From Guyparkeria sp. (GTDB lineage Bacteria; Pseudomonadota; Gammaproteobacteria; Halothiobacillales; Halothiobacillaceae): a stretch of 64,000 nucleotides of DNA. The translations under genes were made by a program, and so were the position numbers. The notes beneath the pieces were generated by a model. The model was not told the origin of the DNA and did no database searches. It saw nothing but the letters and a program-made list of their open reading frames with translations. Position 1 is the first letter of the stretch, and each line of letters opens with the position of its first letter. The stretch is taken from assembly GCA_046261775.1 (NCBI GenBank), contig JBHEOB010000002.1:1430-65429 (forward strand), written 5' to 3'. Below, in pieces: positions 1 through 9,624 of the stretch.

Positions 1-1314
1 GTACTGATCGAGCAACGCCCCGACGCACGACTGCTCCTGATCGACGAGGCTGCTGCCCTGCCGGCCGCCTTGCTCGAGGCATTGTTCGCCGCGTTCCCGC
101 GCTGTGTCTTCGCCACGACCGAACACGGCTACGAGGGCAGCGGCCGGGGGTTTGGCCTGCGCTTTCTGCCCCGCCTCGAGGCCAGCGCCGTATCCGTGCA
201 CCACCACCGGCTGACCACGCCGATACGCTGGTCACCGGGCGACCCGCTCGAGCAGCTGGTCGACCGATTGTTGTTGCTGGATGCCGACCCCGCCGAGTCC
301 CTGCCGGTGGATGCGATGGAACAGGCCCGGTCACCGGCACGCCTCGATCCACGCGAGCTCGCCGCCGACGAGCGCCGCCTGCGCGAGTGGTTCGGCCTGC
401 TGGTCAGCGCGCACTATCGCACCACCCCACGGGACCTGCGCCAGCTGCTCGACGGGCCGGCCAGCCAGCTCTGGGCTATCGAAGCCGATGCCGGCGTTCT
501 TGCCACCGCCGCCACCCAGGACGAGGGCGACCTGCCGACCGAACTGGCCGAGGCGGTCTTTTTCGGCGAGCGGCGCCTGCGCGGTCACCTGCTGCCCCAG
601 ACGCTGTCGGCCCACGCGGGTCTGTCCGACTGGACACGCTTGCGCGGCCGGCGCGTCCAGCGCATTGCCGTCCACCCCGCGGCCCGCCGACAGGGCGTGG
701 GAAAACGACTGGTGGACGAGATCGCCGGGACCGCGCGCGCCGAGGGCCAGGCGTTCCTCGGCGCGAGCTTCGGCATGGAAGACGAGCTGGTCACCTTCTG
801 GGCGGCCTGCGGCATGCGCGTGCTGCATCTGGGCCAGCATCGCGATCATGCCTCGGGCAGCGAGGCGGTGGTCATGGCGATGGGCCTGACGACGGCGGGC
901 CGAAACGCGATCCAACATAGCGCGAGGCGTTTCGTTCGCCACTTGCCCGCGCGCGCTGCCGGCCCACTGCGGCATATCGAGCCCGAGCGGCTCGCCACCC
1001 TGCTGGCCGCCTGTGATGAACAACCGCTGCCCTCACTGGATGCCGACGACCGGGATCAACTGATTGCCTGCGCCCGGCACCGCCACCACGTCGATGCCGC
1101 CCTCGACCCAATCCGTCGCTGGTTGCCCACCGCCCTGACGCAACCCGCGGCCATCGACGCCGTGTCGCTCGATCGCCGCGCGCTGCTGATTGGTCGTATG
1201 CTGCAATTGCAGGACGAGTCTCGGCTTGCCAACCGTTTTGGTCTGGATGGCCGGCGCGCGGTCGAGACCGCTTGCCGAAAGGCACTCGCCGAGTTGCTCG
1301 ACGTGCTTAATTGA
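1..1314 (+). CDS. tmcA: tRNA(Met) cytidine acetyltransferase TmcA (5'-truncated by window edge)
   Basis: Frame is open from base 1 (VLIEQRPDARLLLIDEAAALP). Contains DEAA, FATTxHGYEGSGRGF, HYRTTPRDL and the GNAT motif RIAVHPAARRQGVG. Confidence 0.9.
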   Translation, partial: VLIEQRPDARLLLIDEAAALPAALLEALFAAFPRCVFATTEHGYEGSGRGFGLRFLPRLEASAVSVHHHRLTTPIRWSPGDPLEQLVDRLLLLDADPAESLPVDAMEQARSPARLDPRELAADERRLREWFGLLVSAHYRTTPRDLRQLLDGPASQLWAIEADAGVLATAATQDEGDLPTELAEAVFFGERRLRGHLLPQTLSAHAGLSDWTRLRGRRVQRIAVHPAARRQGVGKRLVDEIAGTARAEGQAFLGASFGMEDELVTFWAACGMRVLHLGQHRDHASGSEAVVMAMGLTTAGRNAIQHSARRFVRHLPARAAGPLRHIEPERLATLLAACDEQPLPSLDADDRDQLIACARHRHHVDAALDPIRRWLPTALTQPAAIDAVSLDRRALLIGRMLQLQDESRLANRFGLDGRRAVETACRKALAELLDVLN

Positions 1315-1366
1315 CGCGTGTTGACGCCAATCGAAACCCCACCCACTGCCGACGAGGATCCAGGCA

Positions 1367-2374
1367 ATGAAAGTCGCGCTGTTTTCCACCAAGCCATACG
1401 ACCGCGAGTCTTTTCAGGCAAGCGATCACGGCCACGAAATCGATTTCTTCGTCGAGCGGCTGACCGAGGACGGCGTCCACCTCGCCCGCGGCTACCCGGC
1501 CGTATGCGCTTTCGCCAACGACGTGCTCGACGCCGCGGTGATCCACGCGCTCAGCGAGGGTGGCACCGAGGTGATCGCCCTGCGCTGCGCCGGCTATAAC
1601 CATGTCGACCTCGATGCAGTCGCCGAGACCGGCCTGCGCCTGGTGCACGTCCCGGCCTACTCGCCCAACGCGGTGGCCGAACACGCCGTGGCCCTGATGA
1701 TGGCCGTCAACCGGCAGATCCCGCGGGCCACCGCGCGGGTGAGCATGGGCAATTACGCGCTGCACGGTCTGGAAGGCGTCGACGTGGTCGACAAGACGGT
1801 GGGCGTGGTCGGCACCGGCAAGATCGGGGCGGTGTTTGCCCGCATTCTGAAACAGGGTTTCGGCGCGCGGGTGATCGCCCACGACCCCTACCCCAACCCG
1901 GACTGCGAGGCGATGGGCGTGGAGTACGTCTCTCGCGAGGCGCTATTCGAGCGGGCGGACGTGATCAGCCTGCATTGCCCGCTGACCGAGGACAGCCATC
2001 ACCTGATCGATTCGGGCGCAATCGACCGGATGAAGCCCGGCGTGGTGATCGTCAACACGTCCCGAGGGGCGGTGGTTAATACCACAGCCGTGATCGACGG
2101 GCTCAAGTCGGGCCGGATCGGTGGGCTGGGGCTGGACGTCTACGAGCACGAAGGGCCGCTGTATTTCGAGGACCGCAGCGACGAGATCCTCACCGACGAC
2201 CTCTTCGCCCGGCTGCTGGGCTTTCACAACGTGGTGATCACCGGCCACCAGGCTTTTCTCACCCACGAGGCGCTCGACCAGATCGCAAGCCAGACCCTGG
2301 ACAACCTCACCTGCATCGAGACCGGCACGGCCTGCGAGCGCGAGATCACCCCGGCCGCCGAGCAGGCCGACTGA
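1367..2374 (+). CDS. ldhA: D-lactate dehydrogenase / D-2-hydroxyacid dehydrogenase
   Basis: Motifs LRCAGYNHVD, VPAYSPNAVAEH, GVVGTGKIG, NTSRG, GLDVYE, ITGHQAF. Confidence 0.85.
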   Translation: MKVALFSTKPYDRESFQASDHGHEIDFFVERLTEDGVHLARGYPAVCAFANDVLDAAVIHALSEGGTEVIALRCAGYNHVDLDAVAETGLRLVHVPAYSPNAVAEHAVALMMAVNRQIPRATARVSMGNYALHGLEGVDVVDKTVGVVGTGKIGAVFARILKQGFGARVIAHDPYPNPDCEAMGVEYVSREALFERADVISLHCPLTEDSHHLIDSGAIDRMKPGVVIVNTSRGAVVNTTAVIDGLKSGRIGGLGLDVYEHEGPLYFEDRSDEILTDDLFARLLGFHNVVITGHQAFLTHEALDQIASQTLDNLTCIETGTACEREITPAAEQAD

Positions 2375-2425
2375 CCCACGAGCCTGCCGCGGCGCTACAA
2401 TCCCCGTCTTTTGCCAGTCGTGACC

Positions 2426-3058
2426 ATGGACCTGATCAAACCGCTCGAACTTGCCACCCTCGACCCCGTCGGCCAGGGCGCGCAGAAGCTCGTCTTCCGC
2501 CACCCGGACGACCCGCGGGTGCTGGTCAAGGTGATCAATCCGCGTTTCATCGAGCGCCATGACCGCCGCGACGCCTTTTACAAGAAACGCCGGCGCATCG
2601 GCCACCACCGCGCCTTCGCCCGCGAGATGATCGAGCACCTGGTCGTGCGCGCCCTGCACCCGGGCCGCCTCGCGTCCTGCCCGCACATGCAGAACATCCT
2701 CGGCGTGGTCGACACCGACATGGGCGCGGCCATGCTGGTCGAGGCGGTCCTCGACGAGAACGGCGAGCTCGCGCCCACCCTGCGCGACCTGGTGGAGACC
2801 GGGCGCTTCGGACCATGCGAGCGCCGGGCACTCGAGGCCTTTCTCGACTGGGCGTTGACCTCCAACGTGCTAATCAACGACCTGTCGGCGGACAATCTCG
2901 CCTGGCACCCGGACGGGCACTTCGTGATGATCGACGGGCTGGGCGATCGTGCCGGCATCCCGATCCGCGCGGTCAGCCCCTGGCTCAACCGCGTCTACAA
3001 ACGCAAGAAGATTCGCCAGCTGCGCGCGGAAATCCAGTCGCGGCAACCCGGAAACTGA
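2426..3058 (+). CDS. YrbL-family (PhoP network) kinase-like protein
   Basis: N-terminal GxGxxKxVFxHPxD..VKV and C-terminal DLSADN..MIDGLG, typical of the YrbL family. ATG at 2426 chosen. Confidence 0.65.
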   Translation: MDLIKPLELATLDPVGQGAQKLVFRHPDDPRVLVKVINPRFIERHDRRDAFYKKRRRIGHHRAFAREMIEHLVVRALHPGRLASCPHMQNILGVVDTDMGAAMLVEAVLDENGELAPTLRDLVETGRFGPCERRALEAFLDWALTSNVLINDLSADNLAWHPDGHFVMIDGLGDRAGIPIRAVSPWLNRVYKRKKIRQLRAEIQSRQPGN

Positions 3059-3117
3059 GCCACAGAGAGGGGGCAGTTTCCTGCTAACCTGCATTGATAT
3101 TGACCAAGGAGTACAGC

Positions 3118-4389
3118 ATGCGCCCAGAGACCATCGCCCTGCACGCGGGCTACGAGCCGGACGACCAGCACGCCGTCGCCGTACCCATCCACCAGACCAC
3201 CTCGTACAGCTTCGACAGTGCCCAGCACGCCGCCGACCTGTTCGACCTCAAGGTGCAGGGGAATATCTATTCGCGGATCATGAACCCCACCTGCGGGGTG
3301 CTCGAAGCACGCATGGCGGCGCTCGATGGGGGCGTGGGGGCGCTTGCCACCGCCACCGGCATGGCCGCGATCACCTACGCGATCCAGACCATCGCCCAGG
3401 CCGGCGACAACATCATCTCGATCAGCGAGCTGTACGGCGGCACCTACAACCTGTTCGCGCACACCTTCCCGCGGCAGGACATCGAGGTGCGCATGCAGGA
3501 CAAGGACGACTTCGCCGGCATTGAGGCCTCGATCGACGCGCGCACCCGGGCGATCTACTGCGAGTCGATCGGCAACCCCTCGGGTGGCGTCGCCGACATC
3601 GAGCGCCTGGCGGAGATCGCTCACCGCCACGGCCTGCCGCTGATGGTCGACAACACCGTCGGCACCCCGTTCCTGATCAAGCCGATCGACTACGGGGCCG
3701 ACATCGTCATCCACTCGGCCACCAAGTACATCGGCGGTCACGGCACCACCCTCGGTGGCGTGATCGTGGATTCGGGTCGATTCGACTGGGCCGCGCACCC
3801 GGAACGCTTCTCGCTGCTGATCGAGCCCGACCCGTCCTACCACGGCGTAAGCTACACCAACGATGTCGGCGAGGCGGCCTTCATCACCCGCGCCCGCGTG
3901 GTGCCGCTGCGCAACACCGGCGCCGCGCTGTCGGCCCAGTCGGCGTGGAACCTACTCCAGGGACTGGAAACCCTTTCGCTGCGCATGGACCGCGTCTGCG
4001 ATAACACCCAGAAGGTCGCGGAGTTCCTTGAGGGCCATCCACAGGTGAGCTGGGTTCAATACGCCGGCCTGCCGGATCACCGGGACCACCACCTGGCACA
4101 GAAGTACATGAACGGAAGAGCCTCGGGCATCCTCAGTTTCGGCCTCAAGGGCGGTCGCGAGGCGGGCGTGACGTTCTATGACGCGCTCGATCTGATCCTG
4201 CGGCTGGTCAATATCGGCGATGCGAAGAGCTGCGCGGCGATTCCGGCCTCAACCACCCACCGCCAGCTCAACGACGAGGAACTGCGTGCCGCTGGCGTGC
4301 CACCGGACATGGTGCGCCTGTCGATCGGTATCGAGCACGCCGACGACCTGATCGAAGACCTCGATCAGGCGCTGAAAGCGGCGGGCTGA
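3118..4389 (+). CDS. metY: O-acetylhomoserine aminocarboxypropyltransferase / sulfhydrylase (MetY/CysD)
   Basis: YSRIMNPT, PLP lysine motif HSATKYIGGHG, LVNIGDAKS, STTHRQL. AAGGAG RBS precedes ATG 3118. Confidence 0.9.
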   Translation: MRPETIALHAGYEPDDQHAVAVPIHQTTSYSFDSAQHAADLFDLKVQGNIYSRIMNPTCGVLEARMAALDGGVGALATATGMAAITYAIQTIAQAGDNIISISELYGGTYNLFAHTFPRQDIEVRMQDKDDFAGIEASIDARTRAIYCESIGNPSGGVADIERLAEIAHRHGLPLMVDNTVGTPFLIKPIDYGADIVIHSATKYIGGHGTTLGGVIVDSGRFDWAAHPERFSLLIEPDPSYHGVSYTNDVGEAAFITRARVVPLRNTGAALSAQSAWNLLQGLETLSLRMDRVCDNTQKVAEFLEGHPQVSWVQYAGLPDHRDHHLAQKYMNGRASGILSFGLKGGREAGVTFYDALDLILRLVNIGDAKSCAAIPASTTHRQLNDEELRAAGVPPDMVRLSIGIEHADDLIEDLDQALKAAG

Positions 4390-4467
4390 CACGCCAGCCG
4401 GAAGCTGGACGAGGCCAGAAGTCAGATTTCAGAAATCAGGGAGACGTCTGAATCGTGACCGGGCCCC

Positions 4468-4591
4468 GTGCAGCGGGCCTTGCCCGCGAAGGCGGCGTCA
4501 GCCGCCTTCCCCGGTTTCGTCATGCAACGAACCGACCATGAGCCGGGACACGCGCCTGCCGGCGCGTTTCGCGAGCGAGGCTCGCTCCCAC
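4468..4591. repeat. REPIN-like element, copy 1 (inverted REP doublet with internal hairpins)
   Basis: Ends GTGCAGCGGGCCTTGCCCGCGAA and TTCGCGAGCGAGGCTCGCTCCCAC resemble GTGG/GTAG-type REPs. Aligns by eye along its length to the reverse complement of 25011-25136. Lies between convergent genes. Confidence 0.75.
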
Positions 4592-4628
4592 GCTGCCCCG
4601 GGATATTGCCCGGGCGATGCGTGTCCAC

Positions 4629-5288
4629 TCAGGCCAGCAACACCGCGATGATGCCGGTGACGAAAATGCCGTCAAAGGTGCCCGCCCCGCCGATCGATGC
4701 CACCGGCGATCCCATCTTGCGGATATCCTTCAGCCGCAACAGGTCCGCGCCGATCAGTACGCCGAGCGTCCCGCCGACATAGGCCAGCGCGGCGCTGTTT
4801 GCCGAATCGAGCAGCAATCCCACCCCGGCCGCGGTCAGAGGTGCGACCAGTATCGGCATGCCGATTCCTAGCCCCGGGACGGGGCGGCTGGCCATGTAAG
4901 CGACCGCCGACACGAGGCCGATGGCGAGGAGATGGTTGCCCAGCGAGGCGCCAGAATTAAGGACGAGGTAGACGGCAAAGGTCACCGGTAGCAGGCAACC
5001 GCCGAGATTGACGGCCACCGTGGTGATGCCCTCGAAGGGCTGCTGACGTTGGCGGAGGATGCGCCGGATAGGTTCCGGTAACGGCTGGGGCTGATCGGGC
5101 TCTTCGGCCTGCATGCGAAACAGCGGCACGTTCACCAGGCTGCCCATCAGCGAGACGAACAGCAGCGTCATGCCCGACTCGGGTGCCAGGCCAAGTTTTT
5201 CGAAGGCGATCTGCAAGGCCCCGATCTGGACCAGGGTGAACAGCACCACCAGACCGAGTATCGCCAGCAGGAAACCGGGGTTGGGCAT
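4629..5288 (-). CDS. DUF1614-family membrane protein
   Basis: Multiple TM segments, AVNLGGCLLP, and C-terminal GADLL..SIGGAGTFDGIF. Confidence 0.8.
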   Translation of the reverse strand: MPNPGFLLAILGLVVLFTLVQIGALQIAFEKLGLAPESGMTLLFVSLMGSLVNVPLFRMQAEEPDQPQPLPEPIRRILRQRQQPFEGITTVAVNLGGCLLPVTFAVYLVLNSGASLGNHLLAIGLVSAVAYMASRPVPGLGIGMPILVAPLTAAGVGLLLDSANSAALAYVGGTLGVLIGADLLRLKDIRKMGSPVASIGGAGTFDGIFVTGIIAVLLA

Positions 5289-5346
5289 GCGCGCAAACTC
5301 CGTTCGGCGACGTGTGGTTGAGATGGTGCCCCGGGAAGGCCCGTGA

Positions 5347-5943
5347 CTACCGTGCGGACGCGGACCGACCGGCCACGTCCAGTTCGATCAGCCGATCGAC
5401 GGGCACGAAAGGCCGTCCGGCCACCGTGGGCAATGCCCGTGACGCAGGCAGCCCGCCGACGCGGTCGAGCCCTCGCCAGACCAGCTCCGAGCAATACATC
5501 GCCGGGCGCTCGTCGAGGCGGAAACGGGTATCGAACGCCGTTTGCCTGACCAGATGCCCATCCAGCCACGAGCGTAGACGCCGGCGTTGCTGCCGGTCGA
5601 GCGACGGACGCACAAAACGGGAGTAGCGGGCCGACTCGGTGAAGCTCGAGAGCGGCTCGCGACGGATATGCCCGCCCAGCGGCGAGCCGTCCATGTGCAC
5701 CACACTCAGGCCGGTCTGGTCACGGACGACTATCCCGACGTGACTCCAGCGCGAATCGCGGTCGGCGAACCGTCGTGCCAGAAAGGCCCAGGCACTGTCA
5801 TTACCCGTGAGGACGATATCGCCGGTCTCGAGACGAGGCTCCGACGGGGTCGCCGCCGGCTGTGCCTGGACAAGTGGGGCAAGCGGGACAAGCAGGCCGA
5901 AGCACAGCGCAAGGACGCGGGTGATCAGGGGCGCGTCTCGCAC
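5347..5943 (-). CDS. YiiX/YebB-like permuted NlpC/P60 cysteine hydrolase, secreted
   Basis: Signal peptide, LETGDIVL, SHVGIV (catalytic His), YCSELVW (catalytic Cys). Confidence 0.8.
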   Translation of the reverse strand: MRDAPLITRVLALCFGLLVPLAPLVQAQPAATPSEPRLETGDIVLTGNDSAWAFLARRFADRDSRWSHVGIVVRDQTGLSVVHMDGSPLGGHIRREPLSSFTESARYSRFVRPSLDRQQRRRLRSWLDGHLVRQTAFDTRFRLDERPAMYCSELVWRGLDRVGGLPASRALPTVAGRPFVPVDRLIELDVAGRSASAR

Positions 5944-6236
5944 TGTTTCGCGGCGATCATCAACTCCTGGAACGTGCTTTCATCGAGGCGCCCGCCGACT
6001 TCCTCGATCGCCGCGTCCTCCTCGCGCATCAGCTTGACCAGCTCACCGAACTGCTCCTCGCTCAGATTCTTGTCCAGGCGCTCGCTCATGCAGGCGCAGC
6101 CCTCGGCGTCGCCGGAATTCTTCTCGCAAACCGACTCGAAATCGGCCTTGGGACTCGAACAACCGGCTAGCACCAGTGCCAATGCCCCGACCAGTGCCGG
6201 CAGACCAACGGACGTCCCTATCTTCCTCACCATCAT
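5925..6236 (-). CDS. Small lipoprotein, unknown function
   Basis: Lipobox LAGC. Acidic helical body with Cys pattern C..CxC..C. Overlaps the start of the downstream NlpC/P60 gene. Confidence 0.65.
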   Translation of the reverse strand: MMVRKIGTSVGLPALVGALALVLAGCSSPKADFESVCEKNSGDAEGCACMSERLDKNLSEEQFGELVKLMREEDAAIEEVGGRLDESTFQELMIAAKQCETRP

Positions 6237-6431
6237 TCTCGTTCTCTCACTTCACGGGTTTTGGCATCGAATCGTGGAAGTCTATCGGGTTGGTTGCCTG
6301 CCGCAAGGGAAGGGCTGCAGGATTCGATGACACGTCTGGGCCGCGAGACGGCCCAGCACGAGAAACCCCGGCCGGGGCCGGGGCGAAGTCGGGGTCAGGG
6401 TCGGGTTCAGAGTCACGAAAGAACGGCTGAC

Positions 6432-7001
6432 TCAGCGGCCGTGGCAACTCCCGTGCTTATCGTGGCCGCGGTCCCTGCCGTGCGACTTTTGCTTGCCGTG
6501 GCTGGCCATGCGATCGATCATGCGTTGCTGGCGTTCGTCGAGTGTTTCATAAAACGCCTCCATCGCCTCGGCACGCTCGCTCATGCGCTCGGCAGCGGAC
6601 TCCATCTGCTCGGCGCGCAGGCGCATCTGCTCGGGCTTGCTGGCACCCAGCATCTCTCGGCGCATCTCGCGCATCCGCTCATGCATGCCCTCGCGACCAG
6701 CCTGGCGGGACTCGTGCAGTTCGGAGAAGGCCTCTTTCTGCTCCTCGTCGAGTTGCAGCATCTCGGCCATGCGCTCGTGGCGGTCGCCCGAGCCTTGCTT
6801 GTGGCCATCCTGCCCCTTGTGGCCCATTGCCTGGCCCTTTGCCTGGCCCATTCCGGGGCTCATTGCCTGACCCTTCTCCCCGTGGGCCGCCATGCGATCG
6901 GACTTGTGCGCGCAATCGCCCGGCGAGGCGAGGGCCGCACCGGAAAGCACCAGCGCGGAGGCGGCAACAAGGGTGGTGGTCAGACGGTTGTATGTGCTCA
7001 T
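6432..7001 (-). CDS. Spy/CpxP-family periplasmic protein (His/Met-rich)
   Basis: Signal peptide, two LTxxQ-like motifs (LQLDEEQK, TLDERQQ), divergent from a two-component pair. ATG 7001 follows AGGAG. Confidence 0.7.
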   Translation of the reverse strand: MSTYNRLTTTLVAASALVLSGAALASPGDCAHKSDRMAAHGEKGQAMSPGMGQAKGQAMGHKGQDGHKQGSGDRHERMAEMLQLDEEQKEAFSELHESRQAGREGMHERMREMRREMLGASKPEQMRLRAEQMESAAERMSERAEAMEAFYETLDERQQRMIDRMASHGKQKSHGRDRGHDKHGSCHGR

Positions 7002-7143
7002 GGTCTCGCTCCTTTCGGGATGGGTTACGCAACCATTGAAGCAGGCGCCGCCCCGATACCACATGTCCGTTTGGTAACAGATTGTTGTGGCTGGCCACAA
7101 AACGTTACAGAGAGGGGCCTTACAAGGCGATAGACTCTAAGGC

Positions 7144-7854
7144 ATGGACAAGCCCACCGCCTTGCTGGTCGACGACGATCCGGAAATCCTCGAACTGCTC
7201 GCGGACTATCTCGAGCGCAATGGCTTCGCCGTGGTCACCGCTGCCGACGGCGAGGCGATGTGGCGTCAGTTCGACCCGGCGCGGATCGCGGTGGTGGTAC
7301 TGGACGTGATGCTGCCCGGCGAGGATGGCCTGTCGCTGTGCCGCCGCCTGCGCGACCGTTCCGACGTGCCCATCATCATGCTCACCGCGCGCGGCGAGGC
7401 CACCGACCGGATCGTGGGGCTGGAGCTGGGTGCGGACTACTACCTGCCCAAGCCCTTCGACCCGCGCGAACTGCTCGCGGCAATGAACAGCGTGCTGCGC
7501 CGCAGCCGCCAGACGCACGCATCCGCCGGTCGCCACTGCCTGATATTCGACGGCTGGACACTCGATCCGGCCCGTCAGGACCTCATCGACCCGAAGGGCG
7601 AAACCGTCTCGCTGGGCAGCGCCGAATTCCGCCTGCTGGAGGTGTTCGCCCGTAACCCGCAGCGAGTGCTCAGTCGTGACGAATTGCTCACGCTCACCCA
7701 CGGCCGTGAGGCCGGCCCCTTCGACCGTGCCGTCGACATACTCGTGAGCCGACTGCGCCACCATCTGCACGACGACCCGCGCGACCCGCGGCTGATCCGC
7801 ACCGTGCGCGCCGCGGGCTACCTGTTCCTGCCGGACGTCGAGCACCGATCATGA
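7144..7854 (+). CDS. OmpR-family response regulator
   Basis: Receiver motifs LLVDDD, LDVMLP, MLTARG, KPF; winged-helix motif IRTVRAAGY. Confidence 0.92.
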   Translation: MDKPTALLVDDDPEILELLADYLERNGFAVVTAADGEAMWRQFDPARIAVVVLDVMLPGEDGLSLCRRLRDRSDVPIIMLTARGEATDRIVGLELGADYYLPKPFDPRELLAAMNSVLRRSRQTHASAGRHCLIFDGWTLDPARQDLIDPKGETVSLGSAEFRLLEVFARNPQRVLSRDELLTLTHGREAGPFDRAVDILVSRLRHHLHDDPRDPRLIRTVRAAGYLFLPDVEHRS

Positions 7855-9188
7855 GGAAAGGTGGTTTGCTCCTGCCGGACACCCTGCCGGGCCGTGTGCT
7901 GCTGGTGGTGCTAACCGGGGTGACTCTCACCGTCGGCGCGGCCTGGCTGATCGTCGCGATCGACCGGGAACGCACCGAGACGCGCATCGAGCGTTTCCAC
8001 CAGGCACGCATGATCGCCGAGACCGTCGAACTGCTCTCGCAGGTGCCCACCGGGGAACGCACACTGATCGCCGACTCGCTGGATCGCCGTGGCATGCGGG
8101 TGCAGCTTGGGCATCCGGCCATCGGCGAGCTCGCGCCTGACGATTCCCGCTTGGCCAAGGCACTCGCCGAGCGCCTGCCGGGCAGCCGTGCCGAGGTGTT
8201 CACCCGCCCTTCCCCGCGGGGGCACGGCAAGCAGCGAGTGGTGCGACTCGATCCCATCGGCGGACCGGCCATGACGCTGTTCCTGCGCGACCCGGCTCCG
8301 CCGCAGCCGGAAGGGCTTCCCTGGCTGTGGCTGCTGGCCCTGGTCGGCGTGGGAGTCGCCACGCTGGTGACCGTGCGACTGGCCATCCGGCCGTTACAGC
8401 AACTGGTCAACGCGGCGCGGCGTTTCGACGGCTCGACCCACCTGGACCCCGTTGCGGAAAGCGGGCCGCGCGAGGTGCGCGAGGCACTGACGGCCTTCAA
8501 TCGCATGCAGGAACGCATCGACGCTCATCTGCGCGAGCGCACCGCGACCCTCGCGGCCATCTCGCACGATCTCAAGACCCCGTTGACGCGACTGCGCCTG
8601 CGCGCCGAGCGCATCGACAACCCGGAACTGGCCGCCGCGGTGGTCCGGGACATCGAGCGGATGCGCGAACTGATCGATGCCGGGCTCGATCTGGCCTCGA
8701 ATGGCCAATCGAGCGCGGATATGGAAACCGTCGACCTCTCGGCGCTGCTGGCCGAAGCCGTCGAGGCCAGCCGGGAGCTGGGCGGGCAGATCGAACGGGT
8801 CGGTGACGACACCTGCCTGGTCCAGGGCCGACGTCTCGCCCTGCGTCGGCTGTTCGACAACCTGATCGACAACGCCCGACGCTACGCCGACTCCGTCCGC
8901 CTGACGCTGACCTGCCACCCCGACCGGGCAGAGATCGAACTGCGCGACCGCGGCCCGGGCATCGACCCGGCGATCATCCGGCAGGCCTTCGACCCCTTCT
9001 TCCGCGGCGAGCCCTCGCGCAACCCCGCCACCGGGGGCACCGGCCTGGGCCTGACCATCGCCCGCGAGATCGCCCGCGGACACGGTGGCGACATCCGTCT
9101 GGCCAATCACGACGACGGGCTGATGGTCACCGTGACCCTGCCTCGCCACCCGCCCCCGGAGAACCAATCACGCGCGCCATCGGCATAG
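7851..9188 (+). CDS. Sensor histidine kinase (2 TM, HAMP, HisKA, HATPase)
   Basis: H box SHDLKTPL, N box NLIDNA, G1 DRGPG, G2 GGTGLGL. ATGA overlap with the regulator. Confidence 0.92.
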   Translation: MRKGGLLLPDTLPGRVLLVVLTGVTLTVGAAWLIVAIDRERTETRIERFHQARMIAETVELLSQVPTGERTLIADSLDRRGMRVQLGHPAIGELAPDDSRLAKALAERLPGSRAEVFTRPSPRGHGKQRVVRLDPIGGPAMTLFLRDPAPPQPEGLPWLWLLALVGVGVATLVTVRLAIRPLQQLVNAARRFDGSTHLDPVAESGPREVREALTAFNRMQERIDAHLRERTATLAAISHDLKTPLTRLRLRAERIDNPELAAAVVRDIERMRELIDAGLDLASNGQSSADMETVDLSALLAEAVEASRELGGQIERVGDDTCLVQGRRLALRRLFDNLIDNARRYADSVRLTLTCHPDRAEIELRDRGPGIDPAIIRQAFDPFFRGEPSRNPATGGTGLGLTIAREIARGHGGDIRLANHDDGLMVTVTLPRHPPPENQSRAPSA

Positions 9189-9216
9189 AAGGGGCAGAAC
9201 CGTATCCCACGATCGC

Positions 9217-9507
9217 TCAGAGACTGCGCAGGAAGGTCAGCAGCGCCTCGCGCTCTTGGGCGATCATCCGACGAAATGACTCGCGGGCCGGTTCGGCCTC
9301 GCCGCCGTGCCAGAGGAACGACTCGGCCAGACCGCGGGGGCGGCCGTCGTGCAGGTAGAAGCGATGCCCGGTAACCAGCTCGTTCAGGCCGATGCCCCAC
9401 AGCGGCGGGGTCCGCCACTCGCGCCCGGTCGCCTCGAAGTCGCCGCGACCATCGGCCAGTCCTTCGCCCATGTCGTGCAGCAGGAAGTCCGAGTACGGCG
9501 CGACCCC
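9217..9507 (-). pseudogene. C-terminal remnant of di-haem oxidoreductase (DUF1111/DHOR family)
   Basis: Reads VAPYSDFLLHDMGEGLAD..EWRTPPLWGIG..YLHDGR..LWHGGEAE..FLRSL. In-frame stop upstream at 9553-9555, and both haem motifs are missing. Confidence 0.8.
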
Positions 9508-9624
9508 GAGAATGCATTGAATGCGTCCGCCCGGTTCGGTGGTGTCCCTGCCTCATCCCGTCTGCATCGCCAGGCGCCTCCTCCGGGAATACCGGGAACG
9601 TTGCCGAATCTCGCACTCGGGGGT

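Noticed and set aside
3050-3117. SAM riboswitch upstream of metY (hairpin GGAAACTG..CAGTTTCC)
   Set aside because: The gap is only ~60 nt, overlaps the upstream stop, and matches no SAM-I/II/SAH consensus I can recognise.
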